Assembly: GCF_009914755.1 (NCBI RefSeq)
Contig: NC_060941.1
From: the human T2T-CHM13v2.0 reference genome, Homo sapiens
DNA: 64,000 nt
Reading direction: 5' to 3' (one strand)
Shown: positions 51,187 through 64,000 of the stretch, in pieces
Layout of the letters: each line of letters starts with the position of its first letter
Position numbering within the stretch: the stretch's first letter is position 1
The notes under the pieces: model-generated
Told to the model about the DNA's origin: nothing
Seen by the model: only the letters and a program-made list of their open reading frames with translations
Databases searched by the model: none
Position numbers and translations under genes: made by a program

Positions 51187-51897
51187 TCAATGAAAGAAAA
51201 CTTTTGTAATTTGAAAAAACCAAAATTAAAAGGGCTTAGTGTTTGGAACAGGCCTGAAGAAGTTGTAATACCATGAATTTAAAAAAACAAAACAAACTCG
51301 GGAGGCCAAGGCACAAGAATTGCTTGAACCCAGGAGCCGGAGGTTGCAGTGAGCCGAGATTGCGCCACTGCATGCCAGCCTATGCGACAGAGCGAGACTC
51401 TGTCTCAAAAACAAACAAAAAAATCCCTAAAACTATAAGCATCTAGGGCACATCCTCTTCCTGACCAAAAAAATCAAAGTAATACTAGTTTTTTAACCCT
51501 GAATTTTAGATAGTGAAGCAGTGTCTATAGTTTTTGAGATGGAAAGTGTCTTCACTTGTTTTTAGAAGACATGAATCACAATTTGAACCCCCAAAGAGCC
51601 TCTGAGAGCCTAAAACCTGTTTTTTCTCCTATAGGTTGTTTCCTCACTAGTAATGACAAAGTTATAATCTTAGCACAAAATAAGCAAAGGGGACAGTTTC
51701 ACACAAAAATTGTACTTAAAATATTGAGTTTGTGTTAAGTTGCTAAATAATGGATGCTCAATATGTATTAATTGAAAGCAAATCATGGTGGTTGTCATTT
51801 TAATCATTTTAATGTCATTTTGAACTCCCTGAATTTGTTAATATTAAATCATTTTGAGATAATCTGTAACTCCTCATGCTGATTGTTAGTTAATTCA

Positions 51898-52265
<368 letters not shown>

Positions 52266-52640
52266 TCAATTGTAAAATAAAATGGTTCTAGTCTTATAAC
52301 TTGTAGCACCTGGTAGACTGAGTATGCTTTAAATGATTGATCTAACTAGAATAATGTGGGATAGAGCATAATGTCTAATTTCCTGGCAGGTCCCTCAGTA
52401 TAGGGTAGAAAGATACATGAATATGTACAATAGTGATGGGGTTGACAGAATGTAACACTAGGCTCCCACTTAAATGTACATTTTGTGAAGTCGCTGGGAA
52501 GTTGTGTCATAGAATGAAGTTTATCAAGGATCTTTATAACTTGAATATTAAGGAGACTGTCCAGATGTTTTATTCATATCAGGAAACCAAGCCTTTAATG
52601 TCTCCCTGGTTACATTCATTTATAACATCCTTTATGCTAA

Positions 52641-52952
<312 letters not shown>

Positions 52953-54670
52953 TGAACCCTCAAAGTAAGCCCATTTGGTAGGTTTGGATATATTCTGCAC
53001 AACTTCTCACCCCTGCCATTGAATGTAGCTGTGGTTGTTTTGTGCTGCTGAATTGCATTTATACGGGGGGCATAATCTTGGTAAGTCATATCCATCTCCA
53101 AGATTTGGGGCATAAAAACTCCTGTATTTCCCTGCAGCTTGGTTAACATTGGCCTAATTGATCTGATATCATCTAATTATTGGCTTATTTTTTAAGAATG
53201 CATTAAATATAAAGTTTTTGAAAATTTCCAATCAGCAGTTGATTACAAGTAGGAAAAATTCTTTGAGTCTCCTGGTAGTTTACCAAAGCTAATAATAGTC
53301 TGACAACCTCTCTCCAACTGTGGTTGCTTCCTGAATATATTGCTTAAATTTGGAGTTTGTGACCAGAATCAAAAATTCTAAGAGACAGTGATTCTCTCAA
53401 AGGCTAACATGGAGTAGAAAAAAACTATATGTTTAAATGTGGGGACAGCAAGGGTTAAAGGCATTTTTATTTGTTGCTTGAAATCTGTGGAGCCTACAGA
53501 AAACAGTGGTTGGTATCCTGTTGATGGAAGAACTAAAGGAATGCTGCATTCTCAGCATTTCTTATTTCCTGTAGAATACAGCAACTGCAGTTTTTATTTG
53601 ACATTCTGCTAGTTTCCAGGAAGGGCTCAATGAAGTGACTGCTGTCAGCATCTTTTTTCACCGCGACTGATACTAGAGAAGGTAGAGGATGTTTAGGAGC
53701 TTTTAAAGGAAATTATGTTTAGTGAAATACTTGGGTTAGGAAGTTAACCAAATCTTTAAGTACTGACTTAAAAATGCTTGTATTGAGAGATGAATGGTAT
53801 CAGAATGACATACAAGTATCAGCAGGTCTCTCAGATTGTTGACCTATTAACTCTACAGTGGTAACACTTCTAAAGTCCTTGGTAAGATACAAGATTCATT
53901 TGCAGAAAATAGCTCCATCTGAAAAACAGTAGCTCATACATACTTCCTTTACATTTTCCCTATTCAGATGAAACAAGGAGGATCTGGAAAATGTGAAGCC
54001 AAGCAATAATTGTGAAACATAAGTCCTTAGTAATGCTGTCATAAACCAGTTTTCATGTAGTTTGATTTTCAGCTGATAAAGCTGGTAAATGAGTTATACT
54101 ACAAATCTATGATTCATTAGGAAGCAAACTCCTTAGGTATACTTACAGAGAAGCCAATTTCCAATGAGTTTATTCTTAACTAATCAGATGTGAGAACTGC
54201 TGGTTGAAATTAGTAGGCTCAAAGCAAACCTATTACTCCTTTAATTATGTGGCGTCTGTAGGCACAAACAGATAGATTATGAATGATTGCTGAGAGTGTG
54301 CCTTGGTGCTAATGGAGAGTTGTCTTTAGATAGTTTAAGAATTGGGCCTTGAAAAAATTATGGTTTTATTTGGTTGTATGTCTTAAGCTAGCATTTTCTG
54401 CCCTTCTTAAGGTATATAGTATTGAATTAAATATATTAATAGGACCATGGCCTCTTTGGTCCTCTTAACAATATTTTCATAGTTTGATCACTAATATATT
54501 CTGTTAAGATGCTCATACAACACCATTAAGTTTCCTGATTCCTTGATGTATCAGGGTTTCCCCATTCTGTCTTTAGGAGCATGTGAACAAAGCGAATTGG
54601 CCCAGGTAAGGTTTGAGTATATAACAGTAGCATGATGCTAAAACCAGTCTGTTTAAGAACAGTCTATATC

Positions 54671-54889
<219 letters not shown>

Positions 54890-55188
54890 AACAGTCTATA
54901 TCATAATACCATAGTCCCAGAACTAGAAGTTCATCAAATAATGGAGTGCTCTGTGCTCCCACACTAAGTGCTTGATGTGTGTTAAATCACCTTAACCTTT
55001 CATGGAGCACCTAGGCATGCTGCTTTGCTCCCTCTCAAGTAAGGATGGATACTTTTTTTCCCTTTCCATTTTCCATATTTACAATCAAATGGAGTATATT
55101 TTTAAAACCAAGACAGGAAAAACAAAGTTTAAACCATTAAAAACTGATGAGCATTCAACGTAGATTTCTGAGTCTCATTGCTGATGTG

Positions 55189-56286
<1,098 letters not shown>

Positions 56287-56298
56287 TGAAGTTTCTTA

Positions 56299-56858
<560 letters not shown>

Positions 56859-56949
56859 ATAATAAAATGCAAATGCAAAAAAGCTAACCTTGAGCTGGCT
56901 TAAAGTACTGATATGTTGTATGTATTAATAGTTAATATCAGTGAGCTCT

Positions 56950-57089
56950 GGGTTGCTTGATCCCAGGAGTTTAAGGATACAGTGAGCTGTGATCACATCA
57001 CTGCACTCCAGCTTGGGTGACAGAGCAAGACCCTATCTCTTGCACTCCAGCTTGGGTGACAGAGCAAGACCCTGTCTCTTAAAAAAAAA
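56950..57089 (+). mobile_element. Alu right-arm fragment with an internal 39-bp tandem duplication (57002-57040, 57041-57079)
   Basis: tgcactccagcttgggtgacagagcaagaccct(a/g)tctct x2. Confidence 0.88.
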
Positions 57090-57230
57090 CAGAAGGCAAT
57101 ATCTGTTGAGCTGTTAGATGTCAGGCATTGTTCTTTGCATTCACATTAAATCTTCACACCTCTGAGATAGATACTGTCATCTCAAATGTTTCATATGAGA
57201 AAACATAAACACAGCCTGTGTTCTCTAGAT

Positions 57231-57569
57231 CAGTGGTCCACAACCTTTTTGGCACCAGGGACCAGTTTTGTGGAAGAAAATTTTTCCACTGGTTGGGGGT
57301 GGGAGTGGGGGTGGGATGGTCTCAGATGAAATTGTTTCACCTCAGATCACAAGGCATTCGTTAGATTCTCATAAGGAGTGAGCAACCTAGATCCCTCGCT
57401 TGCACAGTTCACAATAGGGTTCGCGTGCCTATGAGAATCTAATGCCGTGGCTGAAATGACAGGAGGTAGAGCTCAGGCGGTGATGACTGCTCATTGGCTG
57501 CTCACCTTCTTCTGTGTGGCCCAGTTGCTAATGGAATACTGGTCTGCGGCCTGTGGTTCGGGATCCCTG
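57231..57569. mobile_element. MER1B hAT-Charlie MITE (339 bp)
   Basis: TIRs cagtggtccacaacc / ggttcgggatccctg. Perfect 8-bp TSD ctctagat at 57223-57230 and 57570-57577. Confidence 0.9.
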
Positions 57570-58427
57570 CTCTAGATTATGGGGAAGCCGAAGTACTATT
57601 TTCTCATTATAAAAACAGAATCCTACCTTTTACTCCCCACCTCCCCCTGTTAATAGAAGTTGGAATGGAGAAGGAAGGAGATGCATTTTAAAATCATTTG
57701 TAACATGTAACTCCAGGGTACTTCAGAGTTTTAAAGAATAAATAGGGAATAAATTTGTTTAATTGCCTTTTTAGATCCAGGTTTAGGTGTCAAGTCCTAA
57801 AGTAGTGCCACTTGCAGACCAAAATCGAATCTGGAAACCAAATGAGTTACAAAGTTTGGGTGCTTTTCTGTAAAAACAAGGAAGCAGTTTATTTGTATAC
57901 TTTTGTGTCTTGTGCCATTCTGTTGGAAAAGGGCGGAGGAAATACATACTTTCATATGCTACAGGATAACTCTGAAATGCAAAAGTATCTCTAATTGCTT
58001 AGGGGAGAAGGGTATTACTGGAAAGACGGGGTGGGTGACTTTTCATAGTATAACCTTTTGTAAGATTTTAGTGCTTTACTGTATGCACATGATAACTATT
58101 CAAAAAAACAAGCCCCTTTTTTTGGACCCAGTTTATTGACTCCATATTCTTATAACAGCAAAATAAAAATTCTTTTAAGTTAAAAAAAACTTTATCATAG
58201 GAATTTCCAAGCATATGTTAAAATAGGATATCTCCAGCTTCAACACTAATGGCATTTTGCAGATTGAGAGGATAATAAAATGTAGCTGTAGTTTGGATAC
58301 ATGTATCCAGATATATTACATGTATTTCAGATATGTCCTCTGAAAATACCTGCAAGTTTATAGAGAATGTTGTATATGTCCTTTGACTTTATCCATGCTT
58401 AGTTCCATAGTGTATAATTCAGTTTAT

Positions 58428-58712
58428 GGCTGGGTACAGTGGTTCATACCTGTAATCCCAACACTGGGAGGTCGAGCTGGGAGGATTACTTGAGCCCAGG
58501 AGTTCGAGACCAGCCTGGGTAACATAGGGAGAACCTGTCTCTTAAAAAAAAAAAAAAAATTAGCCAGGCATGGTGGCGCCTGTAGTCTCAGGTACTGAGG
58601 AGGCTGAGGTAGGAAGATCACTTGAGCCTGGGAGGTCGAGGCTGCAGTGGTACCACTGCACTCCAGCCTGGGCAACAGGGCAAGACCCTGTCTCAATAAA
58701 TAAAGAATAAAA
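58428..58712 (+). mobile_element. AluJ
   Basis: Dimer with TSD aattcagttt. Confidence 0.85.
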
Positions 58713-59138
58713 ATACAATTCAGTTTCTGTGGTATAGCTTATATGCCATCACACCTTTATAACTGACTGAGAATACTTTATGGTTACTATGTGCTGTTTT
58801 GAAAATAAAACCTGTTTAAAAATATGTTGCATTTTAAAAGTTTTAATCTATATTGATATTACTAGACATAGTTATATAGTTTGGCCACCCTGTTACATGC
58901 TCCTACTGTAAGGGTATACCTAAACCAGACTTGCAGTTAATAAGAGTGACTTGTCCTATTATTGTGTGCTTTGGCATATTTCTCTTTTGAGTATATAACA
59001 GGAAAATATGGGAAGAATTGCTGAGTGTTCTAGACATTCTCACTCAAAAGGAACATCAGTAAGGAAAACAATCTTACCTACCTTATTTGAAGAGGTGGAA
59101 GCAAATTTAACCTTCTGTTAGCCAATACGGTCACTTGA

Positions 59139-59439
<301 letters not shown>

Positions 59440-59567
59440 GAAGTTCCTGTCTTTTTTTCCTCACAATTAGGAAGGCTATATAGGAAGGAGCAGGGTCCTG
59501 TTCAGTTGTGTAAATGACCACCACTTAAGTGTGCTTTTTTAATATGTTTAAACATGTGCCATTATTA

Positions 59568-59921
<354 letters not shown>

Positions 59922-60045
59922 TCAAACTGGGACATAAATCCTAGGGAAGTAACCCATATCACTGTTGTTCTAATAACTGCATTCGTAGTAGAATAACACT
60001 ACATTCACTAGTAGAGGCTGAGGGAGAGAGGAAAAGAAGGAATTA

Positions 60046-60438
<393 letters not shown>

Positions 60439-60589
60439 CTATTTTGATTAGTACCAATACATTCCTGAAGGAGATCAAAGATATATATGCATAGCTCTCT
60501 TGGTAGCATATGTTTAATGAGAAAGTAATATAAGGATTACATAGATTAGGGTTGCAGGCAGTTCTGTCACTTTAAAGCCAGATCTTTTA

Positions 60590-60732
60590 TTTACCTTATT
60601 TTTTAAAGTTTTTGCAGAGATGGGGTCTCATTATGTTGCCCAGGCTGGTATCAAACTCCTGGGCTCAAGTGATCCTCTCATCTCAGCCTCCCAAAGTGCT
60701 GGGATTATAGGTGTGAACCAAGGTGCCAGGCC
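60590..60732 (-). mobile_element. FLAM
   Basis: Monomer with TSD-like a(g/a)atcttt. Confidence 0.8.
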
Positions 60733-61877
60733 AAATCTTTGTTGTTTTTGTTTTTTTTTTTTTTTTTTACAAGTAAAATACCCTGAGGCTGAAGGTCATT
60801 GCTAACTGATGCAGCGTGTTTTTCTTACTGCTTTTTTTCTGGGGATCTAACAAGGAATTGGAAACACAGGTTTTTGACTTTCCTTTTTCCTCCTCATTGT
60901 TTTCTGATAGTGTTTTCTTAAAGTCATCTTCCACCTGCCTCTGAAGTTGAGAGGTAGGAAGGAATCTGTTAGAATCACTTGGGGTTCAGTTAGTAGTGTC
61001 TGTGGTTTGCTTCCTTTTGTGGTTTTGAATTTAATTTCACTATTTGACTAACACTATTTTTACTCCGACTTCCTCAAACACTGTGGGACTTAAGCTGTGA
61101 CAGGTGAAACTCAGTGCCTTAGATGAAGGCTTGGTAGAGACTTAGAAACATAGAATTCTTACAGGGTAGCTTAGGATTCTTACATGATAACTTACTGCTT
61201 TTAGGTATATAGCTCTATGAACTTTATGAGCCCACTGGAATGTTTTCTCCAATTATCGGAAAGGCTAATTATCAATTAAACTTAAGGAGTCTAAGGACCC
61301 TCTACTCAGAAAAATAGATGTGAGATCCTGTCTCAAAAGAAAAGTTAAAGTCAGGAAGAAGTTAAAATTAATGGTTTATAAGGCTTTACTATAACTAAAT
61401 ACATTATAAGTTACATACTTTAAAGCTAGTGTATTTGCCTTGCATTACAGCATATACTTGAGCTTGTAAAGCAGGTTAATCTACTTTATTACGATGTTTG
61501 TATTAATGGTTAGAGAGTTGTTTGACTTCTTGCCCCTATATTCAGTGACTGAGTTACTGTAACTACACTTTATAACTGAGTTATAACATTAATAACTTAA
61601 TACCAGTAGTAATTGAGATAGAAGAGTGAAGAGAAAGTAAAATGTAGCCTTGTAGTCTTATGTTATATCTTATTCAGAGCCTGGCCTGGTTATGTTTAAG
61701 CACTATTAGCAGAAGAGTTTCAGAAGAGAATTTAAATAAAATACAGTTAACTTGGCTGGTTTAGTCCATAAGATAATAGTGACAGTGGTGGTGTTTGTGG
61801 AGGAAAACTGTATTGCTAGAGGACAAGGGTGACAGAAAGACTTGATTTTTTTTTTTCCATGCTTTTTCTTTTCTGGG

Positions 61878-61879
<2 letters not shown>

Positions 61880-61915
<36 letters not shown>
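61880..61915. repeat. (TG)17 microsatellite
   Basis: Perfect TG run about 1.1 kb upstream of CLTC exon 2. Confidence 0.95.
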
Positions 61916-61917
<2 letters not shown>

Positions 61918-63022
61918 TTTGTACCATGCGAATTTATTATATTACCTTTGGAGGAAAGGGGGATAAAACTAGTCTGGCCAAGGCTAATAAAATAAAGCCT
62001 CCATGTAGCTTCTTTTAGTAGGACTTAATCTGTTACAACATAGTTAGTCACCCAGAGTATTAATAACCCACTATGGTAGAGATTTCTTCCTAGTAACAAG
62101 TGACTTTTGTTCTTACATACTTAATTGGTTTGCAAAGACCTACCATCTTTAGATCCACTATATTTGTTTAGCAGATACTTTAGTATTTTCTGAGTACACA
62201 AAGCAAATCTAATTCCATTATTTTCCTTGTTAAAATCCTTAAGTAGCTCCCTTCGCCTGTAGAATAAACTCAGGATTCTTACTGAGGTATGTTTAGCTTG
62301 TTGGTCTGGCCCTTGCTCATTTCTCTAACCTTAATTGTGTACTCCCTCAATCCTATAGTGTTACAAAAGTACTTGTAGTTCCCTTAGCCAACCACACTTT
62401 TACGTCTCTGTGCTTTACCACATGCTCTTTCTGTTGAGAATTCTCTCGCCTGCCTCCTTTGAACACATTGCTTTAGCTGTGTAGCCTTTGACAAGATCCC
62501 TCTTACATATCTTTGTTTTGGCACTTTTTGCACAGAATTAGAACTTGTTTGCTCTTGCTATTCAAGTTCCTTTATTTAGATCAAGAATTCTGTGACATTT
62601 TAGATCTTTTTATGCTTGTAACTTAATTTTTCAGCTTCTTGAAGCGTGAACAAATAACTGCTACATGTTAAGGGGGGTGAGAGAGGACTGGTCCAATAGT
62701 TCCAAGGTCTTAAAATAAATCAAGAAACTCAATTACCTCAAATCCCTTGAACCATGCATGCTACCTTGCAGATGTTGCTCTTTCCTTTAACTTCATCTGT
62801 ATTTGTTCTGCCTCTTATTTGAAACAGTTGAATGGCATGTTTGTTTGAAGAAGAGAAGGTCCAATACTTGGCTATTAATAGTCTCTCTTTAATTAACATA
62901 ATGTAGATGTTATTGTGACCTTGAAGCATTAATGTTAAGTGAGGATTTGTGTTGATGAGCATATATGAATGTCAAGTCTTTGGAATCCACTTGGTAACAT
63001 GGTTTCTTATTATTTTTTCTAG

Positions 63023-63601
<579 letters not shown>

Positions 63602-64000
63602 AGCTCTTCCTATGTATTTATGCAAGTACAATAACTAGGGTTTACCTTTTTAAGTATATTGATTAAGTTTGGTTAAAGAAAATAGATCTGCTAATACCGA
63701 ACTTGATTTAAACCACTTTAATTACTTTTACTTGGAATGTATCTGTGGAATGTCTTAACATATATCTACTTAGAATAATTTTAAGTTTTAGAATAAATGC
63801 ATTTAAATTTTGTATCTGGTATAAAACTGTGCTAAACATATCTCTCTACAGAGGAAAGAAATTAGTGATTCATATTCTGGAATAGAACATACTTTACTAA
63901 TATTAGCACCTAAACATTGCAGAATTTTGTTATGATGATAAACTTGCCTTTGATTCTGTGCTTTTTTTTTTATACTTCGGGCTTGTGTTTCACTTAGATT

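Overview
Primate (very likely human, 17q23.1) genomic DNA that is extremely Alu-rich (about 65 Alu copies or fragments). The + strand carries the last eight coding exons of the DEAH-box helicase gene DHX40 (4911-25930, open frame, all GT-AG introns) and its 3'UTR to about 27100. An intergenic spacer of about 11 kb follows. Next come the CpG-island promoter, exon 1 (ATG 38894), a 24-kb intron 1 and exon 2 (63023-63230) of the clathrin heavy chain gene CLTC. Most ORFs in the supplied track are Alu- or GC-content artefacts. I found no new multi-gene system. Most interesting observations: (i) several templated-insertion or snap-back repair scars, the clearest a 75-bp copy pasted into an Alu at 56505; (ii) a tandem CLTC exon-2 donor adding 4 aa next to the clathrin-box groove, plus a read-through frame and intronic AATAAA; (iii) a DHX40 C-terminal helix resembling the NSRP1/CCDC55 tail; (iv) an L2 3' end that supplies the distal DHX40 poly(A) signal and a miR-28/708-like site; (v) a 48-nt Alu stub with a perfect 16-bp TSD next to the CLTC promoter. 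Gene identities, repeat subfamilies and miRNA or protein comparisons rely on recalled sequences, and repeat boundaries are approximate.
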